Assembly: GCA_964442245.1 (NCBI GenBank) | Contig: CAYTXT010000010.1 | Span: 5,749-29,748, forward strand | Direction: 5' to 3' | DNA: 24,000 nucleotides | Source: an uncultured Candidatus Izemoplasmatales bacterium | Lineage (GTDB): Bacteria; Bacillota_I; Bacilli_A; MAG-NZ | Shown: one piece after another, positions 16,376 to 24,000 of the stretch | Layout: each line of letters opens with the position of its first letter | Numbering within the stretch: the stretch's first letter is position 1 | Notes under the pieces: model-generated | What the model was told of the DNA's origin: nothing | The model's database searches: none | What the model saw: the letters and a program-made list of their open reading frames with translations, nothing else | Program-made: the position numbers and the translations under genes

Positions 16376-16383
16376 CACTTTTT
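16351..16383. terminator. Bidirectional rho-independent terminator shared by the convergent HAD gene and the secA...ECF-S operon
   Basis: The sequence is aaaaaaa-GTGTTGGGC-GAA-GCCTAACAC-ttttt, a 9-bp stem with one G-T/U pair, flanked by A7 on the left and T5 on the right. It lies within the last codons of the HAD CDS, and only 9 nt separate the two convergent stops. Confidence 0.7.
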
Positions 16384-16384
16384 C

Positions 16385-16984
16385 TTAGACTAATTGTTTA
16401 ACACGGGGAAGTAAGACATAGAATAATCCTGTGACGAGGGCTCCTTTAATGAGGTTAAACGGAACATACGCAAATAGATTAGCAAGTAAATACCCGCCGG
16501 TTTCATCAAAGGCACCACCGGTATCAAAACTAACAAAGCCAGCAAATGCGGCTTGAACATCTTCGAGGGATACATTGGGCCACCCAAAGTATAGTGGGGT
16601 AATCAAGAAATAATTTAAGGTGGTCATCACGACCGTTAAGCTAATGATCATACCAAGTGAAGTCAACCATGGATTGGTTGTCACTCGTTTCATCAAAAGA
16701 TACCCGGCAATTAGACTAAGGCTTGCCATGAAAGCACCAAAGACGCCAACATACGGAAAGGCCGAACCATCGATATTTCCTTGGATCAAACCAAAGAGAA
16801 CCACACGAAGTGCGGCAACGGCAAGACCTGATTTAAGGCCAAATACCGCAAGGGTTAATAAAACAATGGTGTCAGAAAAGTCGAATTTCAAAAATGGCAC
16901 CAGTGGATTGGGTAGCTCTAACAACATTAATACGGTACTCAGTGCTGTTAGCATCGCAAGTAAGACTAATCGTTTTGTACTCAT
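16385..16984 (-). CDS. ECF transporter S component (RibU/YpaA-like substrate-capture subunit)
   Basis: 199-aa protein with six hydrophobic helices. It shows motifs I recall from B. subtilis YpaA/RibU-type S components: FLKFDFSD, LNYFLITPLY, VPFNLIKG. The start overlaps the recX stop (ATGA). No ECF A/T genes are in the window. Confidence 0.7.
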   Translation of the reverse strand: MSTKRLVLLAMLTALSTVLMLLELPNPLVPFLKFDFSDTIVLLTLAVFGLKSGLAVAALRVVLFGLIQGNIDGSAFPYVGVFGAFMASLSLIAGYLLMKRVTTNPWLTSLGMIISLTVVMTTLNYFLITPLYFGWPNVSLEDVQAAFAGFVSFDTGGAFDETGGYLLANLFAYVPFNLIKGALVTGLFYVLLPRVKQLV

Positions 16985-17682
16985 AATTCCTCTTTTATCA
17001 CGTGGTCAATGAGTCCATAAGGATATCCTTGACTTAATAATTTTTTGATCAGTTGATCCTTTGATAAGGATGAATGTTTCGTAATAAATAACGAAACGCC
17101 CTTACGCTCATCCACACAATCATCAATTACTTCTTGATGGTCTTGAATTGCTTGTTGAATGAGGTCGTAACTAAAGCCTGCTGCCATCATCTTTTGCATC
17201 AAACTGGCATGAAATGAACGTTTTGATTTTGTCGATGGTTTTAAGTATGAACGTAGACGACGCTCCACATCGCTTTGCTCGACGATCGTGTCGCCAAGAA
17301 CTAGGTCAATAATCGAGGGATGAATTTTGGCTTCGATCAACTTCTGGCGAATCACTTTTTTGCCTTTGGCTTGGCCAAGCACTTGATCAGCAATCATCCG
17401 TGCCGTCTGTTCATCATTCAAGTAGCCTTTCGACTTTAACTCGGTGATGATTCGTTCGACCGCACCAATTTCTTTTTTCACCAAGTACTCTTTCATTTGT
17501 GCCACACTACGTGGTTTAAAGCTTAAGTAGTGATAGGCCTTTTCCAAGCCCTTTGCATATCCATCAAAGGCATGAATCTCTTTTAGTAAATCGTTAGAAA
17601 GTTCAGTGCCCTTAAACAAGCGAAAGTGAATCACGGTTTCTTCTTGAAGCCGTAAGGTCTCTTCGGTTGTTTGAATCTCCAT
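16981..17682 (-). CDS. recX: RecX-family regulatory protein
   Basis: The protein is built from three-helix repeats typical of RecX: SFKPRSVAQMKEYLVKKE, LKSKGYLNDEQTA, KGKKVIRQKLIEAKI, LMQKMMAAGFSYDLI, KLLSQGYPYGLI. ATG 17682 follows the yitT stop by 13 nt and has an AAAGG SD. The longer ORF begins at TTG 17721 inside yitT. Confidence 0.75.
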   Translation of the reverse strand: MEIQTTEETLRLQEETVIHFRLFKGTELSNDLLKEIHAFDGYAKGLEKAYHYLSFKPRSVAQMKEYLVKKEIGAVERIITELKSKGYLNDEQTARMIADQVLGQAKGKKVIRQKLIEAKIHPSIIDLVLGDTIVEQSDVERRLRSYLKPSTKSKRSFHASLMQKMMAAGFSYDLIQQAIQDHQEVIDDCVDERKGVSLFITKHSSLSKDQLIKKLLSQGYPYGLIDHVIKEEL

Positions 17683-17695
17683 TAACCGACCTTTT

Positions 17696-18556
17696 TTACG
17701 GAGCTGTAAGATCTTGTTCAAATCCTTCTCCTAACACTTCACTGGAGTTGTTCACAAAGACAAAGGCTGCTTTGTCGATGTCATGGACCGCTTGAATAAT
17801 TTTGTAATATTCTTTACGGTACGCAACGACGATCACCATCGTTTTTTCTTGACCAGTAAACCCACCTTTAATCGGAATGAGGGTAACACCACGGTCAATC
17901 GAATCATAAATTCGTTGTTTAATCTCGTTTGCATGGTCGGTAATGATTTGAATCGAGATCATCTTCTGACCACCTGTAATGACATAGTTACTAATAAAGC
18001 CAATTAAAAAGACGGCTATCACAGAATACATTCCGAGCTCTAACCCAAAGACCAACGCTCCCAAAACAACAATCGTTCCATCGACAATATATATCGCAAG
18101 CGAAAACGGAATTTTCGCAAAGTCATACAGCATCTTAATGGGAATATCGGCTCCCCCGGTCGTTCCCCCGTGACGAATCACGATACCAAAACCGCCTCCC
18201 ATTAATACCGCAGAAAACACAGTGGCAAGCATGATGTCATCGGTAATTGGTAGTAGACCAAATTGTTGGTCCAGCCATACAAGAACACTCAAACTCACAG
18301 GATAAATCACCGAACCAAAGACTGTTTTGGTAAAAAAGCCCATGCCATAGATGACCAAACCTAAAATTAATAGCCCGATGTTTAAGAGATAAACGATAAA
18401 AACAACATCAAAAGGTAAATACGGTTCGATGACAATCGATAATCCCCCCACGCCACCGGTAATTAAATTATAAGGAACCATGAAGTAGTAAAACCCTGTT
18501 CCCATCGCAAAAACGCCTATGGAAATAAAGAAATATTCACGTAACTGTTGCTTCAT
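17696..18556 (-). CDS. YitT-family membrane protein (DUF161 repeats plus C-terminal DUF2179-like domain)
   Basis: 286 aa with about five TM helices containing paired GG motifs (ITGGVGG, GGTTGGADI), followed by a soluble C-terminal domain. The ATG overlaps the prfB TGA stop (ATGA 18553-18556). Confidence 0.75.
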   Translation of the reverse strand: MKQQLREYFFISIGVFAMGTGFYYFMVPYNLITGGVGGLSIVIEPYLPFDVVFIVYLLNIGLLILGLVIYGMGFFTKTVFGSVIYPVSLSVLVWLDQQFGLLPITDDIMLATVFSAVLMGGGFGIVIRHGGTTGGADIPIKMLYDFAKIPFSLAIYIVDGTIVVLGALVFGLELGMYSVIAVFLIGFISNYVITGGQKMISIQIITDHANEIKQRIYDSIDRGVTLIPIKGGFTGQEKTMVIVVAYRKEYYKIIQAVHDIDKAAFVFVNNSSEVLGEGFEQDLTAP

Positions 18557-19641
18557 AATGCTTGATCCTTCAAGTAGGCACGAATAAAGACATCCAAATC
18601 TCCCGCCAAGACTTTATCGGGCTGTGCATGTTCGGTATCGGTACGGTGGTCTTTCACCAACATATATGGATGAAGGACGTAGGAGCGAATTTGTGAGCCA
18701 AAGTTAATCTCACGCTTTTCGCCGGCAAGTTCAGAAATGTGATCTTTATTTTCTTGTTCTTTCAGTTGAATTAATTTTGCTAGTAACACATCCATCGCCC
18801 GTTTACGGTTGGCAATTTGACTGCGTTCGTTTTGCACACTGACGACAACCCCAGTTGGAATGTGCGTAATACGCACCGCACTGTCGGTCGTATTAATGTG
18901 CTGTCCGCCCGCACCGGATGCACGGTACGTATCGATTCGTAAATCTTCTTCTTTAATTTGGACATCGATGGTTTCATTCAAATCAGGAATGACTTCCACG
19001 GAAGCAAACGAGGTATGACGACGAGCTCCACTATCAAACGGGGAAATACGGACCAAACGGTGAACCCCATTTTCGCCTTTTAAATAGCCATATGAAAACT
19101 TGCCTTTGATTAAAATCGAGGCACTTTTAATACCCGCTTCCTCGCCGGTTTGATATTCCAACACTTGATAGGTTAAGCCGTGTGTTTGTGCATAGCGTAA
19201 GTACATATCAAAAAGCATATTGGCCCAGTCTTGAGACTCAGTGCCTCCGGCGCCGGGATGGATCTCAATGACGCAGTCTAGGTGATCGTATTTGCCTGAT
19301 AACATAAAATGTAGTTCTGCTTCTTCGAGTAATGATTCCAGGTCAAGAAGCATCGATTCCAAATCACTGGCTAACGACTCATCGGCCATTTCGATAAACT
19401 CCGTTAAATCCTGGAGTGCTTGCTGCAAAGATAAAAATTCGTCCAGTTGGTCTTTTTTGTTTGCCACATCGGCACTGACTTTTTTCGCTGTTTCTTGGTC
19501 ATTCCAAAAAGAAGGGTCACTCATGGTCCCTTCTAAGGTAGCTATTTGAGCACGCAATTGATCGGGTTTGACAATCGAAGCAATCGTTGCGACTTTTTGT
19601 TGGCACGTTGAAAAACGCTTATTGAATTCGTACTTTTCCAT
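18553..19641 (-). CDS. prfB: Peptide chain release factor 2, encoded as one uninterrupted frame
   Basis: The RF2-specific SPF tripeptide (RISPFDS), the GGQ motif (SGAGGQHIN) and DPSFWNDQ near the N-terminus are present. ATG 19641 (MEKYEFNKR...) gives the same N-terminal length as my recollection of B. subtilis RF2 and overlaps the secA stop as TAATG. The ORF-track start at 19656 is a TTG inside secA. Confidence 0.92.
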   Translation of the reverse strand: MEKYEFNKRFSTCQQKVATIASIVKPDQLRAQIATLEGTMSDPSFWNDQETAKKVSADVANKKDQLDEFLSLQQALQDLTEFIEMADESLASDLESMLLDLESLLEEAELHFMLSGKYDHLDCVIEIHPGAGGTESQDWANMLFDMYLRYAQTHGLTYQVLEYQTGEEAGIKSASILIKGKFSYGYLKGENGVHRLVRISPFDSGARRHTSFASVEVIPDLNETIDVQIKEEDLRIDTYRASGAGGQHINTTDSAVRITHIPTGVVVSVQNERSQIANRKRAMDVLLAKLIQLKEQENKDHISELAGEKREINFGSQIRSYVLHPYMLVKDHRTDTEHAQPDKVLAGDLDVFIRAYLKDQAL

Positions 19642-22124
19642 TAACGGCCATGACAATGTTTAAATTTTTTACCACTACCACATGGACATAAATCGTTACG
19701 GCCAACTTTGTCGACCTTCACGGGTGCTTTGCGTTTGGGTTCGTCTTTACCGGAGGATTCTGCAATCGGCTTGTTGACTTGTTCCCGCTGCAAGTTTTGA
19801 CGAATTTCCGCACGCAGCATAAATTTCGTCACTTCTTTCGCAATATCAATGATCAATTGATTGAACCATTCAAAGCCAATCGATTGATATTCCCGTAGTG
19901 GATTCACTTGGGCATACGCTTGCAATCGTATCGATTGACGTAGTCCACTCATGCGGTCGATATGTTCGGTCCAATATGTATCCACGACACGCAAGGTCAC
20001 CACTTTATAAAATTCGTGACGAGTTTGGTCGGGAAAGCTTTGGAGTTTTTGGTCGATGATGCTTTGCACCATGCTAAAGACGGCTTGGTGAATCGCTTCT
20101 TTTGTTTGACCGATTCCTTCTTCGAGTAAACGACCGCCAAACCACTCTTGATTGAGTGTTTTAACAAGACCTGGGATATCTAACGTTTCACTGGAATGTT
20201 GGTCAATATACGCATCAATCGCTTGCGACACCATTTGATTCACAATCGATGAGATGTCTTCTAACTGAAGCAATTCCTCACGCTGGGAGTAAATAATTTC
20301 ACGTTGTTGACGAATGACATCGTCATATTGAAGAATCGTTTTACGTTGATCGAAGTTGTTTCCTTCAATGCGTTTTTGGGATGATTCGATGGTTTTCGTT
20401 AATAATGTGGATTCAATGGGGGCTTCATCATCCCCAGAGCCAGCGATACGTTCCACCATCGTTTTAAAACGGTCTCCCCCGAAGCGAACCAAGAGCTCAT
20501 CTTCAGCCGATAAATAAAAGCGAGAATATCCAGGGTCACCTTGTCGACCGGAACGGCCTCGTAACTGGTTATCAATGCGTCGAGCTTCATGACGCTCGGT
20601 TCCTATAATCGCAAGTCCACCGAGTTCTTTGACGCCTGGCCCGAGTTTAATGTCAGTCCCACGACCCGCCATGTTGGTGGCAATTGTTACTTGGCCTTGT
20701 TGGCCTGCTTTTTCGACAATTTCGGCTTCACGCTCATGTTGTTTCGCGTTTAATACACTATGAGGAACCCCATGTTTTTTTAAGAGTTCCGATAACAGTT
20801 CACTGCTTTCAATCGAAATAGTCCCAACTAAGATCGGTTGACCTTTGCTGTGACGTTCTTTAATTTCATTCGCAATCGCAAGGTATTTTGCTTTATTCGT
20901 GGTATAGAGTAAATCCGGCATGTCTTGACGAACCACAGGGCGGTTGGTCGGAATTTCGACCACATACATGTTGTAAATATTTCTAAATTCTTCTTCTTCG
21001 GTTTTAGCCGTTCCGGTCATCCCGGACAGTTTTTGATACATTCTAAAATAATTTTGATAGGTAATGGTCGCTAAGGTTGTGGTCTCTTTTTTAACTTCAA
21101 CCTTTTCTTTGGCTTCTAACGCCTGATGCAGCCCTTCTGCAAATTGACGACCATGCATGAGACGTCCGGTAAACGGGTCAACAATAATGACAATCCCATC
21201 TTGGACGACATAATCGACGTCTTTTTCCATGATGAAATTAGCACGCAGTGCTTGGTTAATACGGTGCAGTAAACTAACAAATCGAACGTCGTATAAATTC
21301 TCGACACCAAATTTAACTTCCAGTTTTTGAATTCCTGCTGGGGTTAACGCAATGGTTTTGAGTTTGATATCAATCTCAAAATCTTCACCACTTCGAAGTC
21401 CCTTAACAGCCATGTCAGCTTGGTTGTATAAGCTTTGCGAGCTTTTTTGGCCACCAGAAATAATGAGTGGGGTACGAGCCTCATCGATTAAGATGGAGTC
21501 GACCTCATCAATGATCGCAAACGCTAAGGGGCGTTGGACCATTTCTTCTTTGTACATGACCATGTGATCACGTAAATAATCAAAGCCGATTTCTGCATTC
21601 GTGGAATACATAATATCGCTTAAGTACGCTTCTTTTTTCTGTTGTTTCGTGAGTTCACGAACATTAAGACCAGTGACTAAACCTAAATAGGAATAGATTT
21701 TACCCATCTCTTCGGCATCACGTGCCGCTAAGTATTCGTTGACGGTAATGATATGAACCCCATTACCAGTAATGGCGTTTAGTACCGCGGGCATGGTAGA
21801 GGTTAAGGTTTTCCCTTCTCCTGTACGCATCTCAGCAATGTTTCCGTGATGGAGGACATAGCCCCCCATGATTTGAACTTTAAAGGCTTTTTCTTTTCGT
21901 AGGCGCCATGCGGTTTCACGAACAATCGCAAACACATCCACCATGATGTCATCAAGGGTGGCCCCTTTTTTAAAGGCTTCTTGTTGCAAGGTAAAAGCGG
22001 CCTTGAGTTCAGAATCACTCAAGCCTTCATATTCTGATTCTTTCGCAATGACCTGATCCGCAAACTTCGATGCGTTTGTTAGCTCTTTGAGCGACGGGTC
22101 AAATAAGTCTTTAAGAAAGCCCAT
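19641..22124 (-). CDS. secA: Preprotein translocase ATPase SecA
   Basis: 827 aa with DEAD-motor motifs (MRTGEGKT, DEVDSILIDEARTPLIISG, TNMAGRGTDI) and the C-terminal zinc-binding tail CPCGSGKKFKHCHG. An AGGTGA SD lies 6 nt upstream of the ATG. Confidence 0.95.
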   Translation of the reverse strand: MGFLKDLFDPSLKELTNASKFADQVIAKESEYEGLSDSELKAAFTLQQEAFKKGATLDDIMVDVFAIVRETAWRLRKEKAFKVQIMGGYVLHHGNIAEMRTGEGKTLTSTMPAVLNAITGNGVHIITVNEYLAARDAEEMGKIYSYLGLVTGLNVRELTKQQKKEAYLSDIMYSTNAEIGFDYLRDHMVMYKEEMVQRPLAFAIIDEVDSILIDEARTPLIISGGQKSSQSLYNQADMAVKGLRSGEDFEIDIKLKTIALTPAGIQKLEVKFGVENLYDVRFVSLLHRINQALRANFIMEKDVDYVVQDGIVIIVDPFTGRLMHGRQFAEGLHQALEAKEKVEVKKETTTLATITYQNYFRMYQKLSGMTGTAKTEEEEFRNIYNMYVVEIPTNRPVVRQDMPDLLYTTNKAKYLAIANEIKERHSKGQPILVGTISIESSELLSELLKKHGVPHSVLNAKQHEREAEIVEKAGQQGQVTIATNMAGRGTDIKLGPGVKELGGLAIIGTERHEARRIDNQLRGRSGRQGDPGYSRFYLSAEDELLVRFGGDRFKTMVERIAGSGDDEAPIESTLLTKTIESSQKRIEGNNFDQRKTILQYDDVIRQQREIIYSQREELLQLEDISSIVNQMVSQAIDAYIDQHSSETLDIPGLVKTLNQEWFGGRLLEEGIGQTKEAIHQAVFSMVQSIIDQKLQSFPDQTRHEFYKVVTLRVVDTYWTEHIDRMSGLRQSIRLQAYAQVNPLREYQSIGFEWFNQLIIDIAKEVTKFMLRAEIRQNLQREQVNKPIAESSGKDEPKRKAPVKVDKVGRNDLCPCGSGKKFKHCHGR

Positions 22125-22146
22125 AAAGCGTCACCTGCCAACTAAT

Positions 22147-22155
22147 ATATTACCA
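22147..22155 (-). promoter_or_regulatory. Possible extended -10 element (TGGTAATAT) for secA
   Basis: The minus strand reads TG-G-TAATAT, immediately after the hpf terminator U-run and about 20 nt before the secA ATG. No clear -35 is present. Motif match only. Confidence 0.35.
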
Positions 22156-22178
22156 CAAAAAGAGGCCTCTCGGCCCCT
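22156..22178 (-). terminator. Rho-independent terminator after hpf
   Basis: The minus RNA reads AGGGGCC-GAGA-GGCCUCU, 7 bp including one G-U pair that becomes an A-C mismatch on the plus strand, so the hairpin is strand-specific. It is followed by UUUUG and starts 1 nt after the hpf stop. Confidence 0.55.
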
Positions 22179-22179
22179 T

Positions 22180-22728
22180 TTATTCGGTTTCAATGAGGGC
22201 GTAATCGCCGTCGCCACGGACGTAAATCACCGCCACTGTTTTTTTCACTTCATCGAGGAAGATAAAGAAGTCATGACCAACCATTTCTAATTGATCAACC
22301 GCTTCTTCAATACTCATCGGTTTAAGTTTTAACGATTTACTACGAACAATGTTTTTCGCAATATATTCTTTTTCTAACGCTGCAGATTGAGCATCATTAT
22401 TAAAAAACTCCTCAACACCTTCACGTTCGTGTAAGATTCGGTTTACTTTATCTTTAAATTTCTTAATTTGTCGCTCGAGTTTATCTACACTAATATCGAT
22501 CGCAGAATATACATTTTGATCTGCGACTTCCGTACGTAAGGTAAAGTGCTTGCTGGGAATCGTCACTTCTACCTTATGATGGTCTTTGTAAACCTTACAT
22601 AAGACTCGCACATTCAACTCATCGCGGTGATTAAAAAATCGCTCGAGTTTATTCATTTTGTCTTTGGCGTAGGTTTCTATCGCCGGTGTAATGGTAAGAC
22701 CGTTTTTTCCTACTACTTCTATATTCAT
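22180..22728 (-). CDS. hpf: Ribosome hibernation-promoting factor, long form (HPF/YvyD)
   Basis: 182 aa. The N-terminal RaiA/S30AE domain (MNIEVVGKNGLTITPAIETYAKDKMNKLERFF) is joined to the C-terminal dimerisation domain (KPMSIEEAVDQLEMVGHDFFIFLD...YVRGDGDYALIE). It sits in the conserved position upstream of secA-prfB. Confidence 0.92.
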   Translation of the reverse strand: MNIEVVGKNGLTITPAIETYAKDKMNKLERFFNHRDELNVRVLCKVYKDHHKVEVTIPSKHFTLRTEVADQNVYSAIDISVDKLERQIKKFKDKVNRILHEREGVEEFFNNDAQSAALEKEYIAKNIVRSKSLKLKPMSIEEAVDQLEMVGHDFFIFLDEVKKTVAVIYVRGDGDYALIETE

Positions 22729-22752
22729 ATGGACGTCCCCTTTCGATACTTT

Positions 22753-22781
22753 ATCTTAACGCAAATTCAACTAGATGTAAA
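22753..22781 (-). promoter_or_regulatory. Putative promoter of hpf
   Basis: The minus strand reads TTTACA (22776-22781) - 17 nt - TAAGAT (22753-22758), about 25 nt upstream of the hpf ATG. Motif match only. Confidence 0.4.
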
Positions 22782-22784
22782 CGG

Positions 22785-23123
22785 TTACCTTTTTGGTAAA
22801 TCAGGGTAAAAAGCTTGATATTGCTTGCATTCTAAGGTGTTTGTTGTAAGTAAAAATAAATCAAAACATCCACCTAAATCAACATGCAATTGTTCATCAA
22901 AATCAATCACAACCACCCAATCATCAAGACCGGTGTATCGAAATAATTCACGCAGGGGATCGGGGGTTGTTAAGATCACCACATAGCAATAACCAATGAT
23001 GGTTGCTTGAGGGCGAAAACAGGCATTACAAATAATATTGAATTGCCACAAGTTATTCCAATCTCGTTTTGGGACTTGTTCACAGTACGCTCTCACATAG
23101 CTATGGTTAATTGGTCCATTCAA
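22785..23123 (-). pseudogene. Orphan Cys-rich ORF (112 codons if started at TTG 23123) without ATG or SD; either a hypothetical small protein or a decayed gene relic
   Basis: The frame is open from 23306 to 22785, but its only ATG lies inside rplS, upstream of the rplS terminator hairpin. Downstream in-frame starts are TTG 23123 and GTG 23096, and neither has a convincing SD. Codon usage looks gene-like. The product has 6 Cys, 3 Trp, no TM segment and no family I can name. Confidence 0.3.
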
Positions 23124-23129
23124 AGTACT

Positions 23130-23151
23130 AAAAAATCCCTCATCTGAGGGA
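23130..23151 (-). terminator. Rho-independent terminator after rplS
   Basis: The minus RNA reads UCCCUC-AGAU-GAGGGA (6-bp stem, tetraloop) followed by U6. It begins 6 nt after the rplS TAA stop. Confidence 0.6.
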
Positions 23152-23157
23152 CTTTTC

Positions 23158-23505
23158 TTAGCGACGTTCTTTGATCCGCGCTTGTTTCGCTGATAAGGTA
23201 CGGATGTAATTGAGCTTCGCACGGCGGACTTTCCCGCGACGCACGACGACAATACTTTCGATCGATGGGGTATGTACCGGGAAGGTACGTTCCACACCAA
23301 CGCCATAACTTATTTTGCGAACCGTGAAGGTTTCTGACACGCCTTCGCCTTGACGCTTCATAACTAAGCCTTCAAAGGTTTGGATACGTTCTCTGTTTCC
23401 TTCTTTAATGCGGACATTGACTTTCACCGAATCGCCAGGACGAAACTCTGGGACATCGGATCGTAGGTAGTCATTCGTCACTTCGCGAATGATTTGTTGA
23501 CTCAT
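23158..23505 (-). CDS. rplS: 50S ribosomal protein L19
   Basis: The product [53 protein letters not shown]...[10 protein letters not shown] is a typical L19 sequence. An AAGGAG SD lies 9 nt upstream of ATG 23505. The ORF-track start at 23514 is an upstream TTG. Confidence 0.93.
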   Translation of the reverse strand: MSQQIIREVTNDYLRSDVPEFRPGDSVKVNVRIKEGNRERIQTFEGLVMKRQGEGVSETFTVRKISYGVGVERTFPVHTPSIESIVVVRRGKVRRAKLNYIRTLSAKQARIKERR

Positions 23506-23568
23506 TGTTCTCAACTCCTTATATGGTCACATTCATAGCCATGGCCATCGGAATGCTTCACTATATTA

Positions 23569-24000
23569 TCACGACTTCTTGCTTGCTTCAAGTTCTTTGA
23601 GTATCTCATCCATCAGCTCTTTTTCCGCTGCTGATAAATCGGTGAGGAGCTCTGGTCGACGTAAATAGGTGCGACGCAAACTTTCCTTGGTTTGATAACG
23701 GGCAATGAGCTTATGATTCCCCGACAATAAGACCTCTGGCACTTTCATATCAAGGTAGGTTTCAGGTCTCGTATACTGGGGTCCTTCTAAGCGTGGGCGC
23801 TGAAATGAATCTGCTGCAAGCGATTCGGGATTACCGACTGTTCCTTCTAATAATCGCACCACCCCATCAATCACCACCATACTCGGAAGTTCCCCTCCGG
23901 TTAATACATAATCCCCAATGGAGATTTCTTCGTCGATGAAGGTACGAACACGTTCATCAAATCCTTCATAATGTCCGGCAATTAAGACCATTTCATCAAG
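23569..24000 (-). CDS. trmD: tRNA (guanine37-N1)-methyltransferase TrmD, C-terminal part (N-terminus beyond the window)
   Basis: The frame is open to the window edge (...[51 protein letters not shown]...[10 protein letters not shown]). These are the TrmD trefoil-knot motifs. The trmD-rplS adjacency is conserved. Confidence 0.9.
   Translation of the reverse strand, partial: LDEMVLIAGHYEGFDERVRTFIDEEISIGDYVLTGGELPSMVVIDGVVRLLEGTVGNPESLAADSFQRPRLEGPQYTRPETYLDMKVPEVLLSGNHKLIARYQTKESLRRTYLRRPELLTDLSAAEKELMDEILKELEASKKS

Noticed and set aside
16390-17012. ORFs 16620-17012 (plus, 130 aa) and 16390-16587 (minus, 65 aa) overlapping the ECF S-component gene
   Set aside because: The S-component frame gives a coherent six-helix membrane protein with family motifs. 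The alternatives give unstructured basic sequences.
18553-19641. Possibility of genetic code 4 (UGA read as Trp), given the Mollicutes-like features
   Set aside because: TGA ends oppD, the ftsK-like gene, prfB and trmD at positions matching homologue C-termini. Trp is encoded by TGG throughout, and an intact RF2 with the SPF motif is present. The code is standard (table 11).
22141-22160. AT-rich ACTAATATATTACC upstream of secA as a possible dif/Xer site
   Set aside because: It resembles Firmicutes dif only in AT-richness and lacks the conserved flanking arms. It is better explained as an extended -10 promoter element.
23158-23306. ATG-initiated 5' extension of the orphan ORF overlapping the last 49 codons of rplS
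   Set aside because: The extension is out of frame inside a highly conserved ribosomal protein gene and would have to be translated through the rplS terminator hairpin. It is most likely a chance open frame, so only the part downstream of the terminator is considered.
23515-23568. Small palindrome around CCATGG (GATGGCCATGGCTATG) between trmD and rplS
   Set aside because: The potential stem is only 5 bp with no U-run. trmD-rplS co-transcription is the conserved state, so there is no support for a terminator or regulatory role.
1-24000. Scan for tRNA/rRNA genes, CRISPR arrays, IS/transposase ends, integrases, toxin-antitoxin or defence-island genes
   Set aside because: Intergenic regions are short (9-174 bp, apart from the 429-bp rplS-hpf gap) and are accounted for by terminators and promoters. 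No repeat-spacer periodicity, T-loop motif (GGTTCGAATCC-like) or terminal inverted repeats were seen, and every long ORF has a housekeeping assignment.

Overview
This is a gene-dense window. About 90% is coding, and 20 of 21 genes are on the minus strand. It holds core housekeeping genes from a low-GC monoderm genome. The genome looks reduced, Bacillota or Mollicutes-like (Acholeplasma or Erysipelotrichia type); this taxon guess is inference only. The standard genetic code is in use: TGA terminates oppD, the ftsK-like gene, prfB and trmD, and an RF2 gene is present. Reading the minus strand from right to left, the order is: trmD (partial), rplS, terminator, orphan ORF, hpf, terminator, secA-prfB-yitT-recX-ECF S component (stop/start overlaps or short gaps), a bidirectional terminator shared with the single plus-strand gene (Cof-type HAD hydrolase), ftsK/sftA-like-lepB-rbgA-rnhB (overlapping), terminator, topA, terminator, ccpA-like LacI regulator-tyrS, terminator, oppA, terminator plus internal promoter, oppB-oppC-oppD-oppF (partial). 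I found no rRNA, tRNA, CRISPR, IS or transposase, phage or recognisable defence genes. I do not see a convincing novel multi-gene system here. The features most worth a second look are: (1) an orphan Cys-rich ORF with no usable start in the only large gap (rplS-hpf), where other Bacillota carry comF genes; (2) an Opp transporter with large extracytoplasmic additions (about 300 aa inserted in OppC loop 1, an FN3-like C-terminal module and a PT-repeat tether on OppA); (3) a cre-like operator plus a second perfect palindrome 53 bp away, flanking the ccpA-like promoter; (4) tyrS with no T-box leader but a hairpin between its SD and start; (5) an uninterrupted prfB coupled to secA by TAATG; (6) a soluble (SftA-like) FtsK homologue.
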